DNA of 64,000 nt from Candidatus Omnitrophota bacterium (GCA_903860135.1 CAIOPG010000008.1:64127-128126); one strand, 5' to 3'; counted from the stretch's first letter, positions 49,511 through 60,468 are shown. A program made the numbers and translations. Notes: generated by a model not told the origin, from the letters alone.

Positions 49511-50572
49511 TTACGGTTTCAACACACCAATGTGTGTCAGATTGGCATAAATAGGTTTCAAGAATGCAAGTGCCATGAGCATGACAAAGAACGCCGCTAC
49601 GCCCAGCAAGGCCGGCTGAAGTGTTGCCGCCAGCAGGCCGACGCGCGTTTCGAAGGAACGATAATAAAATTTGAACACACGCTCGCAATATTCATCGTAA
49701 TGCCCGGTTTCCTCGCCGAGCCTGACAGTTTCAACAACCAGCCGCGGGAAATATTTTCCAACAGCCAAAGCAGCTGAAAACGTATGCCCTCCGGCAAGGT
49801 ATTGCCGGCAGTGTTTTAATTCCATCCCGGTTCTGTTGACAGCCGCGGCCGCCGCCTCCGTGAGGGCGGTGTCGAGCGGAATACCACTGCGCAACAGCAC
49901 AAAGATATCGAAAAAACACAAGGCGATCTCGAGGTCCCGGTGCGCCCGGCCAACCAAAGGAAGTTCATTCAAAAAGGCATGCCATTGATCAGGATAGCGT
50001 GAGATCAATCCCATCATGGTCAGCCCCAGGACTGCGGTCCCACCAAACAACCATCCCCCCGCGTGCACGATGAAAGCGCTGAAAGTGATAAGGGCGCGTG
50101 TCAACCAATTATCCAAGGCCTCCGGCGGTAACAGCGGCGCCAGTTGGGGCACAACGGCCTGTGCCATATAAATGAGCACCACCAAAAGAAGCCCGATGAC
50201 GCTTGCCGGATAAATAACCGCCTGAAGGCATTTATCCTTTAAACGCGCGGACAGGTCAAAATGATCCGCCAGAAGCCCCATGACCAAAGGTAGATTCCCG
50301 GCATGCTCGCCAGCCTTAACCGCATTTAAAGCCAAACGAGGGAAAAGGCCTGTTTGCCCCATGGCCTGTGCCAACGGGCGGCCTGCGGCAAGTTCAAGGA
50401 GCATCACCGCACAACCCCGCGACAACCGTGGATCAAGGACAGCTTCTTTGAGTGAACCCAGGGCATGGTTAAGGGCAATGCCCGCCACCAGCATATTGGC
50501 AAGGTCCCTGAAGAAAAACGACAGACGTGCGGCCGGGACAGCCCTTGGCGGTAACAAGAACAACGCTGTCAT
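49511..50572 (-). CDS. type II secretion/type IV pilus platform protein (GspF/PilC/PilR family)
   Basis: 353 aa polytopic membrane protein with duplicated GspF-like cytoplasmic domains; directly downstream of the ATPase. Confidence 0.7.
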   Translation of the reverse strand: MTALFLLPPRAVPAARLSFFFRDLANMLVAGIALNHALGSLKEAVLDPRLSRGCAVMLLELAAGRPLAQAMGQTGLFPRLALNAVKAGEHAGNLPLVMGLLADHFDLSARLKDKCLQAVIYPASVIGLLLVVLIYMAQAVVPQLAPLLPPEALDNWLTRALITFSAFIVHAGGWLFGGTAVLGLTMMGLISRYPDQWHAFLNELPLVGRAHRDLEIALCFFDIFVLLRSGIPLDTALTEAAAAAVNRTGMELKHCRQYLAGGHTFSAALAVGKYFPRLVVETVRLGEETGHYDEYCERVFKFYYRSFETRVGLLAATLQPALLGVAAFFVMLMALAFLKPIYANLTHIGVLKP

Positions 50573-52197
50573 CGCACCACCCGCGCAGCCTCTTCGGGCG
50601 CGATGACCCCTTCGCGCACAAGCCGGCAGGCATCGGCGTGCATGGTGATCACGCCGGGCCTGGCCCTGACTTTCAAGAAGATCTCGTTGACCAGCCCCTG
50701 CTCGATCATGAAACGTATTTCATCATCGATGAACAAGGTTTCCGCCACCACGGTCCGCCCCCGATAACCGTCAAAACACCAGGGGCATCCCCGCGGATCC
50801 GCCCGATGAATGATCTGCCCCGGCCCGTTGACAAAAGCCTGTTCCGCCTCGCCGAGGAGCAGCGGCGTCACAAATTCCTCGATCCGGCAATGCGGACAAA
50901 GCTTGCGCACCAGCCGCTGGGCGACAACACACTTCAGGGTGCTGGCGATATAACTGTTATCCACTCCCAGGTCACGCAGGCGCAAGATGGCACTTACGGC
51001 ATCACGGGTATGCAGTGTTGAAAAGACCTTGTGCCCCGTGATCGCCGCACGCACGGCTTCTTTGGCCGTCTTTTCATCGCGGATCTCGCCGATCAGGATG
51101 ATATCCGGGTCATGCCGCAGAAAGGCCCGTGCCAACTGATGGAAATCATGCCCTTTACGGATATCGACCGGCACCTGGGTCACCAGCGGCAATTTGATCT
51201 CAACCGGATCTTCCGCCGCCACAACCTTGATCCCGACAGCCTTGACATGATTGAGCATGGCATAAAGGCTGGTGGTCTTGCCACAACCGGTAGGCCCGGT
51301 CAAGAGCACGATACCGCCGGGGCTTTTAACCGCACGCTCAATGACACGGCAATGCCCCGGGGCATAACCCAGGCTTTCCAGGGGCACGGCCGAGCGTGTT
51401 TTATCGAGAAGCCTCAGTACGAGCGAGGCCCCGTTGACCGACGGTATGTGCGAAAGCCGGATATCCATCCGGCGGTTGCCGCACACATGATCAAAGCGCG
51501 CGTCATGCAGTTTCATGAAATCGCCCGCGCTGATCTCGGCACGATTAAAGAATATGTTCACGATCCGTGCATGATCCCCGCGCGCGAAAGAACGGTGAAA
51601 GCGCAGGACCCCGTCGAGACGCAAGCGCACTTCGACCGAGTCTCCCGAAGGTTCGATGTGGATATCCGTTGCGCCCAGATCGATCGCTTCTTCCAGAAGG
51701 CTGTCCGCGGCATCCTGGACACCGCGTGTGCCGGCCTCAACAGCCCCTTGCTGCGCCTTCACGAAATGGGCCGCCCCCGCCGCAATGGTATCGCTATTGC
51801 CAATAAAGAACCGCACCTCCGAACCGAACACCGACACCACCTGATCCGTTGCCCGGGTATCATACGGGTCCGCAAGGACAAAAACGGTCCCCGCCGTATC
51901 GGTGCAAGGTAAAACCAGATGCTCCTGCATGAAAGCCCCGCCCAACCGGCTCGCCGCCGCTTGATCGAGGCACGCCGCACCTTCATAAACCGGCCAGCCT
52001 GATTGCTCGGACAATCCGGCCATCAGGTCTTCCTCACGCACAAGCGCATACTGACGCAAGATGTTCCCGAGGCGTTCGCGCCCCGCTGAAGACGCCTGCA
52101 CCCCAAGGCCCAACGCCACATCGCCCGACGTCAGGGCGCCCCGCCTTACCAGCAATGCTCCCAAGGGTTCGGGTTTCATCCGTCGTGCCGTTATCAT
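50569..52197 (-). CDS. type II/IV secretion system ATPase (GspE/PilB/PilQ-R64 family)
   Basis: Walker A LLTGPTGCGKTTSLYAML, a tetracysteine motif (CPHC...CPWC), and a GspE N-domain. Confidence 0.85.
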   Translation of the reverse strand: MITARRMKPEPLGALLVRRGALTSGDVALGLGVQASSAGRERLGNILRQYALVREEDLMAGLSEQSGWPVYEGAACLDQAAASRLGGAFMQEHLVLPCTDTAGTVFVLADPYDTRATDQVVSVFGSEVRFFIGNSDTIAAGAAHFVKAQQGAVEAGTRGVQDAADSLLEEAIDLGATDIHIEPSGDSVEVRLRLDGVLRFHRSFARGDHARIVNIFFNRAEISAGDFMKLHDARFDHVCGNRRMDIRLSHIPSVNGASLVLRLLDKTRSAVPLESLGYAPGHCRVIERAVKSPGGIVLLTGPTGCGKTTSLYAMLNHVKAVGIKVVAAEDPVEIKLPLVTQVPVDIRKGHDFHQLARAFLRHDPDIILIGEIRDEKTAKEAVRAAITGHKVFSTLHTRDAVSAILRLRDLGVDNSYIASTLKCVVAQRLVRKLCPHCRIEEFVTPLLLGEAEQAFVNGPGQIIHRADPRGCPWCFDGYRGRTVVAETLFIDDEIRFMIEQGLVNEIFLKVRARPGVITMHADACRLVREGVIAPEEAARVVR

Positions 52198-52655
52198 CGG
52201 ACCTCCAGCAAGCTTTCATGCCCGTCTTGCGTCACCATGGTGATCTCCGTCGCGGATATTTTCTTGATGATCCTGTCCGCGCAACGATCGCCTTCTTGCC
52301 AACGCTTGAGCACGCCGTCCACATCCACCACCGCTTCCTTGCGCGTCCCGGTGATGGCTATATAACGCACATGAATATTGGGCTCCGTTCCGGCTTGTTC
52401 GTGCGGCTTTCGGGTTTCCCCGCCGCCTGAAAGCCCGGCGAGTTCGAGTGAAACTTTTTTGCGCTCAAGTTCAAGCTTCAAGCGCTCCACATCCAGATGC
52501 AGTAACTGCAGTTCTTCCTCCCTGGCGCGCTCCGTGTCAACACGCCCCCGCATCTTTTCGAGCGTTGCCGTCCCGTCGTCAACAGCCGGTCCGGCCGCCA
52601 GTGCCGCGCTGGCGAACATGAAGATCAAGCAAATGCTCCCCACCTGTTTTTTCAT
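52194..52655 (-). CDS. pilus assembly protein, PilP-like periplasmic beta-domain protein
   Basis: Signal peptide MKKQVGSICLIFMFASAALA, a coiled-coil, and a C-terminal beta domain. Confidence 0.45.
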   Translation of the reverse strand: MKKQVGSICLIFMFASAALAAGPAVDDGTATLEKMRGRVDTERAREEELQLLHLDVERLKLELERKKVSLELAGLSGGGETRKPHEQAGTEPNIHVRYIAITGTRKEAVVDVDGVLKRWQEGDRCADRIIKKISATEITMVTQDGHESLLEVR

Positions 52656-53161
52656 GATGCCCCCTCCTGAAGTCCAACAATAATAACTTCCATCTCGAGC
52701 GTATCTTTTGTTCCCTTTATACGACGGATCACCGCCGTCCCCTTCTCTTCTATCCCTGAGAAAGCCCTCAGCATCGAAAAGAAGGCACTCCGGCTCTGTA
52801 GCCCCGTGCAATGCACATTTAGCGGCAGTTGCTGCACCCCCGCCCAGGGAGAAGCTTCCACCGCGCGGCGCATATCCCCTTGAACCATGCCCGGGACGAT
52901 CACCGTGCAGGCCGTATGCTCCGAGCGCCCGATTACATAAATGTCATTGATAAACCCGGCGTACGCCTCTTTAAAAATATCTTTCGGGGGTGTGCGCTCC
53001 AGCACGGCACAAGCTTTAAGCTCCTCGTTCAGACGGCGTGTCTCGTGCAGCGTTTGGGCCAGTGCCACGTTCTTTCTGGCCGCACGATCCCGAGCGGCAT
53101 AGCCTGTCACTAAGCCCGCAACCAGCAACAGGCTTCCGGCAAAGATCACCAGCAGCCTCAT
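52652..53161 (-). CDS. pilus assembly protein, PilO-like (TM + periplasmic domain)
   Basis: N-terminal TM MRLLVIFAGSLLLVAGLVTGY; ATGA overlaps on both sides. Confidence 0.45.
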   Translation of the reverse strand: MRLLVIFAGSLLLVAGLVTGYAARDRAARKNVALAQTLHETRRLNEELKACAVLERTPPKDIFKEAYAGFINDIYVIGRSEHTACTVIVPGMVQGDMRRAVEASPWAGVQQLPLNVHCTGLQSRSAFFSMLRAFSGIEEKGTAVIRRIKGTKDTLEMEVIIVGLQEGAS

Positions 53162-54231
53162 GGTGCTCTCCTTTCTTCGGCCGGGCAGGTAGAAAATACA
53201 GCACGGATCTTCAACCCCGGCTTATCCTCTATCACAATAGCCTCGCTGACAGCTTCCGTAAAAAGCCCATGGCCTGAAAAAGGGAAAACCTGTTTTTGTT
53301 CAAACACAAGCTCACCTGTGAAGATCCACCCGTCGCTCTGCCCGCGTTCAAACGTAACTGAACTGACCCGGCTCTCCAAAGGCAAGCCCTCCATAAACTG
53401 ACGGGACACATCAAAAAAATCAACGCGCGGCCATTGCCTGAGGCGCGCCTGATAGGTCACGATCGACACCTCTTTCAAGGCCGGCACACCACCGGCTCTT
53501 TGATCAGTAGCCTCCTGTGCCGCCGTGTCAACCGCCTGTTCAGACATGACCGCGCTCCAGCCATACCCGATACCGGCCAAGGCCATCAGCAACGCCATCG
53601 CCCCTGCACCCAACAAGCCCCGCCGGTCTGCCTGCCGCTGCCTTGCGGCCGCATCTTCCGGTGCCATCAAATGCACCGCGAACCTGACCGTACCCAACAC
53701 CTCAAAAGCCGGGAATAATGTTTCAAAGAAAACTACATTTTCTTTATCTTCCGCGCTCAACACCTCGATCACGGCGGCGTCATTGCCCAGCAAGCAGCAG
53801 GCCGCCGTCGGCAGCCCTTCGATCAAATTCTTGCGGGAACGCCGCACTTCCTCGGCGATCCGCTCCGCGTTCTGTGGCAGGAGCACCCGTGTTTCCACGG
53901 CCTCACGCGTGTTATAGGCCGTGAGCAAATACCTGTCGCCGATGTTGTCAATCACGATCATGGGCTGTTCGGCCGGGACCAAATTCTGCCCCCAAAGATA
54001 AGCCCGCAACGCCAGGCTGTACGGCACAAATGTCCTGATCCCGCCGCGCGGGAAAGCCCGGCTGATACGCCGGATCATGGCCGGCTGATCCTCCGTCGAC
54101 AGCACCAGCAGGACATGCGCCTCCTTATCTGCAACATGCGCAGAAGCCATAAAATCATCAACCGTCATGCAGGTCGGGTCATCCCCGCAGGCAAAGTAAA
54201 CATTCCCGTTCTGAAAAAGATAGCGTCCCAT
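53158..54231 (-). CDS. pilus assembly protein, GspL/PilM-PilN-like (cytoplasmic domain + TM + periplasmic domain)
   Basis: 357 aa with a central TM GLLGAGAMALLMALAGIGYGW. It follows the secretin, in the position of R64 PilO. Confidence 0.45.
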   Translation of the reverse strand: MGRYLFQNGNVYFACGDDPTCMTVDDFMASAHVADKEAHVLLVLSTEDQPAMIRRISRAFPRGGIRTFVPYSLALRAYLWGQNLVPAEQPMIVIDNIGDRYLLTAYNTREAVETRVLLPQNAERIAEEVRRSRKNLIEGLPTAACCLLGNDAAVIEVLSAEDKENVVFFETLFPAFEVLGTVRFAVHLMAPEDAAARQRQADRRGLLGAGAMALLMALAGIGYGWSAVMSEQAVDTAAQEATDQRAGGVPALKEVSIVTYQARLRQWPRVDFFDVSRQFMEGLPLESRVSSVTFERGQSDGWIFTGELVFEQKQVFPFSGHGLFTEAVSEAIVIEDKPGLKIRAVFSTCPAEERRAP

Positions 54232-54233
54232 AT

Positions 54234-55814
54234 TTAACCTTGGTGCGGGGTCATGAAAATGACCAGTTCTGTCCGCCGGTTTCGGCGAACCTCATAGGAA
54301 AACAATCTGCCCAATACAGGCAGGCGGCACAGGAAAGGCACCCCCTGCTGTTCCTTCCGCTTGTCGCGCGTGATAAGCCCGCCGATGGCTACCGTCTGCC
54401 CGTCTTTCACCCGCACCTGCGTGGTCATGGTCTTGATGGACGTGTCGGGCGCCTCCAGCCGGCTCCCGCCGCCGAGCGTGATCGTGCGGATATCATCAAT
54501 GCTGGTCACGACCGGCGTCACCCCCAGGAACACATCCTCGCCGGCAATACTGCCGACGATCTGGAGCGTCACGCCGCCATGGACTTCATTCAAGGCCGCC
54601 GACGTGATCGTACCCCCGTTCTGTGTGGTTTCCACGTTACTGCTCTCCACATACGATCGGGTTTCCCCGACCTGAATACTGGCCACCGCGTTATTGAGCA
54701 TCATGAGGCGCGGCTGAGACACCACCTCGATCTGCCCGAATGATTCCAGCGCTTTTAAGACGGCCTTGATCCCCGATGCGGTATCACCCGCCCCGCTTCG
54801 GCCGGCGCTGGCCGCCAGGGTCATCACATTGCCGGTGGCCATATTCCCGGAGGCAAAGTTCGTCGACGCCCGCAGGCCTTTTAAACTGCCCCCGGCCATC
54901 AGGGCACCCCAATCGATCCCCAGCTTATGCTCCCTGGAAAGTTCCACCTCGACGACCTTGACATCCACCATGATCTGACGCGCCGCCCGGGCATTGATAT
55001 CCTTGAGAAAAGTTTCCAGCGTTTCCAGCCGTCGCGGCGTATCCGTGACCACGATCACACCGGCCGCCTTGTTAACCGAAACAAGCCCGTCCTTGGAAAC
55101 AAGATTCCTCACACCCGCTTCAACATCACTCCAGTAGGAAAGTGCCTCGGCCTTGTTGTGGATAACAACCCTGGCTCCCACGCGCACATGACTGCGCCCG
55201 GCGGTGCCCGCCCCTGCATTACCTTCCTCGCCGGCACTTGAACTTTCATTGGTCGTGGCTGTATCAAAAGCCTGCGCCACCGGTGGTAGGTCGATGCGGA
55301 AAGACTGCGTATCACGGGCCAGGATAACAAGCTCTCCCCCGTTGACCTTATACCCGTATTCGAGCGGAACCAGGATGGCCCTTAACGCGCGCGCCAGCGG
55401 GGCTTGGCTAATATTCAGCGTCAATTCAGTGTCCACGACACCCGGCCCCAGGACAACCTGCTTTCCGGCGGCTTCGGCGATGATCTTCAAAGCTTCAAAC
55501 AGTTTCACCTGCCCTGCCAGCGTGATCAGCCGCGGTGCTCCGCCTTTAAACACCACGGTGCCGGTGCCCGTTGCAACAGCCTGCACAGGCATGACCAGCG
55601 GCTGAGCCGGTGCCCTCACCCAGGCCCCAGGCCTTAGGATCACCAGCTCATCACGGGCAGGATAATAAACACCGTCAGTGATCCCCGCCGGGACCCGCAC
55701 CTCTGAAACCAGAGGCTCCACCCACTGGTCGCTGGCTTGCGTCGCTGCCGCCCAGCCGCCTGACAGGCACCACAACCATAACCCTGCCCACACAATATTG
55801 GTCCGCATGATCAT
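54234..55814 (-). CDS. secretin (GspD/PilQ/PilN-R64 family)
   Basis: Signal peptide and STN-like N-domain. The secretin core IMVDVKVVEVELS...LGIDW and the C-terminal GVPFLCRLPVLGRLFSYEVRRNRRTELVIFMTP are present. Confidence 0.85.
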   Translation of the reverse strand: MIMRTNIVWAGLWLWCLSGGWAAATQASDQWVEPLVSEVRVPAGITDGVYYPARDELVILRPGAWVRAPAQPLVMPVQAVATGTGTVVFKGGAPRLITLAGQVKLFEALKIIAEAAGKQVVLGPGVVDTELTLNISQAPLARALRAILVPLEYGYKVNGGELVILARDTQSFRIDLPPVAQAFDTATTNESSSAGEEGNAGAGTAGRSHVRVGARVVIHNKAEALSYWSDVEAGVRNLVSKDGLVSVNKAAGVIVVTDTPRRLETLETFLKDINARAARQIMVDVKVVEVELSREHKLGIDWGALMAGGSLKGLRASTNFASGNMATGNVMTLAASAGRSGAGDTASGIKAVLKALESFGQIEVVSQPRLMMLNNAVASIQVGETRSYVESSNVETTQNGGTITSAALNEVHGGVTLQIVGSIAGEDVFLGVTPVVTSIDDIRTITLGGGSRLEAPDTSIKTMTTQVRVKDGQTVAIGGLITRDKRKEQQGVPFLCRLPVLGRLFSYEVRRNRRTELVIFMTPHQG

Positions 55815-55843
55815 GCCCTCTCCTTGATGTTCTTCCGCATCCT

Positions 55844-58291
55844 TCAGCGCACACCGCCGGGATATTTTGCCGCACAAACCCTGAGGGCTTCCAATAGGTC
55901 ACCCCCGGCCTTTTCCTTTTCCGCATCTAATAGCGCATTGTCGCGCGGCTCTGACGTGGCCGCCCAATAAAGCAGAGGGTCAGGCACCAGCCGGATAACC
56001 CCTGTCGAAGAAGGCGTCATCACCAAAGCCTCGGCATACCGCCCTTTGACCGTGCGGACCGACCGCAGCAAACCTGCCGCCTCGTCGGCGAGAGACAATT
56101 CTCTTTTTAAATGTTCGATCAGCGCAACTTCCTGCTTCAAAAAGATCTTGTTGGCTGTATTGGCCAGGATCGCCAGCCCGCTCTTTTGTTGCAGGAAGTC
56201 AGCAACCTCCTGGGTAACCGCCACTGCCGCACAGCGGTATTTGCGGAATGTCTTGAAGGCATTGGCAATAAAATCACCGGTGCTGGCGAGCTTTAATAAC
56301 TGCCACGCTTCATCGATCAGCATGAACTTCCTCTTGCCGCGGATGCGCGGATCACCCACAAACTGCGTCACAAAGAACATGATATTAAGGAGCACCACCA
56401 GCTGAAGGTCCGGGTAAGCACTCAGATTCGCCAGTTCAAACACCGTGAAACGGCTGTTCACTGTAAACTGATTCTGCCCGTCGAAGAATTTCCCGTACGG
56501 CCCTTTCCGGGTGAACGGTGCCAGCCTGAGCGCCAAACGAGGCCCCATTGCACTCACATCCTCGAGCGTCGCGTTGTTCAACACGCCGGCGACATCGGTC
56601 AATGTCACCTCACGGCCTTTCACCGTCCTGTACGCTTCAAGCACTGCCTGCTGGAGAAAGCCTTTCTCCTCGCGCGTCAGGCGGTCGCGTTCATCGCCGC
56701 CCGAAGCCATGAAACCCAGCACTTCGACAAGGAAAGCCAGATTTTCGCTGTCAGGAGCACACAGGAACGGATTGATCGTCAGCGGCGCCCGCAGGTCAAA
56801 ATCAAGGTACTGCCCGCCGAGGATGGCGCAGGTCTTGCGGTAAGAATGCCCTTTGTCGAGCACAAAGAAATGCGCGCCCAAACGGTAATTCTGATAAATA
56901 AAATCATTGATCAGGAATGACTTCCCGGCCCCCGAAGCCCCGATCACCAGCCCGTGAGGATTTGTTTCCGAATCAAAAAGATCCAGCCATACCGGCTCGC
57001 CCCGGCGGTTCATGTAAAGCCCCGCCGGTGTGGCTGTACCGCGGCAGGCGCCGTAAAAGGGCAGCATATCCGCGAAATTATCTGAGAGAATGCGGCGTTC
57101 CCGGCGCACAAAACACTCGTTGCGGTGGTCGAAATTTAGCGGCAGGCATGTCAGGTAGATCGACGGAGCAATGATCTCTTCTTTCAAGCCTTCGGCCCCC
57201 ATCCGGTGCAGAGCGGCCAGCAGTGTGTCGCACACCCCTTCAAGGGCAGGCAAAGCCTCGCCCCACACCACGAGATGCCAGCGCGCCTGCACGATCACCT
57301 TGCCGCTCTTAAAGGTCTGCGTGATAAGCCCGCTCAGTTCCTCTTTCTTTTGCACCGCCTCCTCGCTCACATCACCCATCGACGACGTCCGCTGCATAAA
57401 CGCCAGGGCCTTCTGAAATTTGAGCCGCGACAGGGCCGACTGCTGATCGGGCACCGTGAAATTGACAACGACCATCATGTCCCTGTGACTGTCACATAAG
57501 CCTTCGCGGGTTGATAACATCCCCGCCCATGTCGCCGGCGGTAATTCCTTCAGGCTCAACACCCGGGTGTGATAACCGTCAAAGATAAAGCCGTTGCCAT
57601 GCACGTCCGGTGCCCCGTACAAAACCTGTTCTCTCAAAAAGTCTTGTCCCAGCCGTGGCGGCGGAATTCTGAGCGCACGGCGAGGGTTCAACAGCCGGTA
57701 AACAAGCGCACACAAACCCGCTCCGTCGATTTCAACCCACGGGATCCGCATGGCCTGCAGTTGGCTTTCGATGACGGCACAAAATCGAAGAAAATCACCG
57801 CGCACTTTGTCTTGCGTCCGGGCATCGTGCGCCGCGCCTTGAGACACCGGAAAAGACCGTACAGTCAAAAACAGCCGCATCCGCCTGGGGAACAGTTCTT
57901 CCCCGGCCTGCCGGAAAAACCCTTCCCGGCTGTCTTCCATATGCTGCACTTTCCCGTCGATGATCATCGCTGTGGCCTTATCCGCTCCGGCCGGCGTCAT
58001 GGCCTGGTACGGACCGGTCAGCGGCGTAATATCGCTGTCCGATACGAGGATGGCCTGCGCGCTGATCCCCGGTAACATACGCCCGACAAGCCCCCCGAGC
58101 ATATGCACAAATTCATCCAGCTGTGCCGCCCCTACAGCCTCGGATTCATAAAGGGATAGTTCCCACACGCGCCCGATACTGCCGTCCACATGAAGAAATA
58201 TCCCGCCAGCGTATTCCGCGTACGGCAAATGATCAACGAGCGATTTCCCTTCATCGAACAAAGCCTGTATCCCTGACACGGTCAACATCAC
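55844..58291 (-). CDS. traC: conjugative transfer ATPase TraC/VirB4 family
   Basis: 815 aa with Walker A VIGASGAGKSFLINDFI and a Walker B-like FMLIDEAW. Confidence 0.8.
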   Translation of the reverse strand: MMLTVSGIQALFDEGKSLVDHLPYAEYAGGIFLHVDGSIGRVWELSLYESEAVGAAQLDEFVHMLGGLVGRMLPGISAQAILVSDSDITPLTGPYQAMTPAGADKATAMIIDGKVQHMEDSREGFFRQAGEELFPRRMRLFLTVRSFPVSQGAAHDARTQDKVRGDFLRFCAVIESQLQAMRIPWVEIDGAGLCALVYRLLNPRRALRIPPPRLGQDFLREQVLYGAPDVHGNGFIFDGYHTRVLSLKELPPATWAGMLSTREGLCDSHRDMMVVVNFTVPDQQSALSRLKFQKALAFMQRTSSMGDVSEEAVQKKEELSGLITQTFKSGKVIVQARWHLVVWGEALPALEGVCDTLLAALHRMGAEGLKEEIIAPSIYLTCLPLNFDHRNECFVRRERRILSDNFADMLPFYGACRGTATPAGLYMNRRGEPVWLDLFDSETNPHGLVIGASGAGKSFLINDFIYQNYRLGAHFFVLDKGHSYRKTCAILGGQYLDFDLRAPLTINPFLCAPDSENLAFLVEVLGFMASGGDERDRLTREEKGFLQQAVLEAYRTVKGREVTLTDVAGVLNNATLEDVSAMGPRLALRLAPFTRKGPYGKFFDGQNQFTVNSRFTVFELANLSAYPDLQLVVLLNIMFFVTQFVGDPRIRGKRKFMLIDEAWQLLKLASTGDFIANAFKTFRKYRCAAVAVTQEVADFLQQKSGLAILANTANKIFLKQEVALIEHLKRELSLADEAAGLLRSVRTVKGRYAEALVMTPSSTGVIRLVPDPLLYWAATSEPRDNALLDAEKEKAGGDLLEALRVCAAKYPGGVR

Positions 58292-58680
58292 GGCTCCTTT
58301 ACCGGTAAGACCGGAACGATCGCTCGTCCGTCGGTGCTTTCCCCCGCAGGCCGCTCGATATACCAGTGCGGCTCATCGACCATGAGAAACGTCCAATGCC
58401 CGGCGACCATGGCGTCGCGGCCGTGGCCGCTCACATGCGCCGGGATCCATACTTTCCGGATGCGCGGGGGTTCATAGATCGGCCAATACGGTCGCACCAC
58501 GCCAGCCTCAGGCAAAAGCTCCACCCTGCCCGTAGCACCACCCTCGGCAGTGCCGCACGAATGGTGATAGATCTGTGCCAGCGTACGCGGCGCCTCCCCT
58601 TGCGCCGGGACTGCCTGACGGCCCGCGCAACCGCTAATCAGCGTAACGCACAGGCATAACAGCACTCTTCTTGAGCCCAT
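58288..58680 (-). CDS. T4SS lipoprotein (TraV/TIGR03751-like position)
   Basis: Lipobox LCLCVTLISGC. It lies immediately upstream of traC, as TraV does in F-like systems. Confidence 0.5.
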   Translation of the reverse strand: MGSRRVLLCLCVTLISGCAGRQAVPAQGEAPRTLAQIYHHSCGTAEGGATGRVELLPEAGVVRPYWPIYEPPRIRKVWIPAHVSGHGRDAMVAGHWTFLMVDEPHWYIERPAGESTDGRAIVPVLPVKEP

Positions 58681-59806
58681 AAACCGCCGTCCCTTCGAGT
58701 ACAATGAAATAAACGCCGACCCCGGCCTCAACCTTGACCGCCGGGACAATATTCCCCAGCTGATCCTCGTAATACTTGGACATTTGCGCCGCGCTCTGCG
58801 CCAACCCCTGAAACCCGGCATTCTTTGTGCGGCTCCCGGTCACATTCCTTGTCATATGCCCGTTATCGCCCATGACCGTTGTTGTCTGGGCGTCGGCCAT
58901 GGCCTGCGCAGCCCCGCCGGTAAATCCGGTCATGAACGACATCGCCAACTGCCGGCCGGCGTTATAAACGACCTCGCCTTTCAAGCCCAACTGGCCGGAA
59001 ACATCTGTCAGATACCCGATATTCCCTTTGTGCTCAAAAGTCTCACCTTGCGGGAACACCGCCGACACCGTCGTGATCTGGACAAGCGCCCGTTCGCTCA
59101 CAAGATCCCCCGACGCCTTGCCTGCCGCCAGGGCACCTTCGAGCGGTATGCGCGACCCGTTGGGGCCATAAAAAGCTTCCTTAAGGCGGATCAAGACCGG
59201 CAAGGGATTGGCATTGCCTGACGGCGCATAAACCCCCGTCAGCAATGTCCCGCTCACAAAACTGCCGGCGGGCAAATACACCCGGTCTCTGTCGTTCTCG
59301 CGCGCAACAGGGGCCGCGATATTGATCACATCCATCTGATACCGCCGCATATCCGGCTGTTGCACCATAGCCCCGGCGGGGGATGACACCTCCGCCTTGT
59401 TGCTCACCGCCTCGGCCATGCGCCCGGCAAGGCTCGCGAAACTCTCGGACAACCGCCCCTGGCCCTTGGACAGCTCACTCACTTTCCCGGCAAGATCGTC
59501 GATCCGCCCCTGCAAAAGCTGATCTTTCTCTGCGGCAGAAAAATATTGCGCCTCAAGCCGCTGCACATACGCCTTCTTGTCAATGTCCTCCCCCAGGAAA
59601 TACCCGCCCTCGTCCTTCTTCACCTCTTGCGGCGACGCCAATGGCTTCACCGGGCCATCGCCGGGCACTGGTTCTTTGGGCAGAAACAGCCAGCACGCCG
59701 CGATCAGCAAGCCTCCGGCCGCGCACAGTGCCGTCAAGCGCCCGCGCGTGTCCAGTGCCTGAAATTTTTCCTGCCACGACCGGATCAACGCCTGAATATT
59801 ATTCAT
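58634..59806 (-). CDS. traB: TraB/VirB10 family protein
   Basis: N-terminal TM, a coiled-coil, and a C-terminal beta-barrel region (RVYLPAGSFVSGTLLTGV). Confidence 0.6.
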   Translation of the reverse strand: MNNIQALIRSWQEKFQALDTRGRLTALCAAGGLLIAACWLFLPKEPVPGDGPVKPLASPQEVKKDEGGYFLGEDIDKKAYVQRLEAQYFSAAEKDQLLQGRIDDLAGKVSELSKGQGRLSESFASLAGRMAEAVSNKAEVSSPAGAMVQQPDMRRYQMDVINIAAPVARENDRDRVYLPAGSFVSGTLLTGVYAPSGNANPLPVLIRLKEAFYGPNGSRIPLEGALAAGKASGDLVSERALVQITTVSAVFPQGETFEHKGNIGYLTDVSGQLGLKGEVVYNAGRQLAMSFMTGFTGGAAQAMADAQTTTVMGDNGHMTRNVTGSRTKNAGFQGLAQSAAQMSKYYEDQLGNIVPAVKVEAGVGVYFIVLEGTAVYGLKKSAVMPVRYAD

Positions 59807-60468
59807 CGCCGGACCACCATATAAATCCGCCCTTTCATCCGCGGGCCAAGCGTATCTTCCTCTGCCGCCACCGCCAGCAGGCCGGGATACGTTATCCGCT
59901 GCAACGGCAGTATGACCGGCGCATCCGTCACATTCTCAGCGGCGAGCACATACCCGGCGACCATGGGCCATTCATCGCTCCATAAAAGAACCAGCCTGAG
60001 CTGGGCATCCTCAAAAACCACCTGCCCGCCGTTGTGCCGCACAACCCCCTCCGGCTGACGCTCCTGCATCAAGGCCCGCATGGCCGCCATGACCGGATCC
60101 GTTCCCGCCGCTGGCCCTGCCGGCACGCGGCAATCCGCGATCGTCACCTTGTCATCGACCCCCTCACCAAAAACATACCTGACCCGGTGCGAACGCCCAT
60201 TGCTATCGAGGATGGTGATGCCCGCCGGCGCGGCTGTAAGCGGCGTCAGAAAAAGATGCCCCGCCGCGTGCTCCACCTTCACCGTTGCCGGATCACCCCA
60301 GCGCACAAGATCGGATATCCCATCCTCCATATAAATATCGACCATCTTGCCGACCTCCACCCGCACCGCTGTATCAGCCCCGGCGCAGATACGTTTTTCC
60401 GCCGCCGCGCCGCCCACCCCGCCGAGCAGGATCAGCCCTGCCACCAGACAATGCTCAACTCGGATCAT
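59803..60468 (-). CDS. traK: TraK/VirB9-like protein
   Basis: Signal peptide MIRVEHCLVAGLILLGGVGGAAA; placed between the TraE-like and TraB-like genes. The start was moved. Confidence 0.5.
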   Translation of the reverse strand: MIRVEHCLVAGLILLGGVGGAAAEKRICAGADTAVRVEVGKMVDIYMEDGISDLVRWGDPATVKVEHAAGHLFLTPLTAAPAGITILDSNGRSHRVRYVFGEGVDDKVTIADCRVPAGPAAGTDPVMAAMRALMQERQPEGVVRHNGGQVVFEDAQLRLVLLWSDEWPMVAGYVLAAENVTDAPVILPLQRITYPGLLAVAAEEDTLGPRMKGRIYMVVRR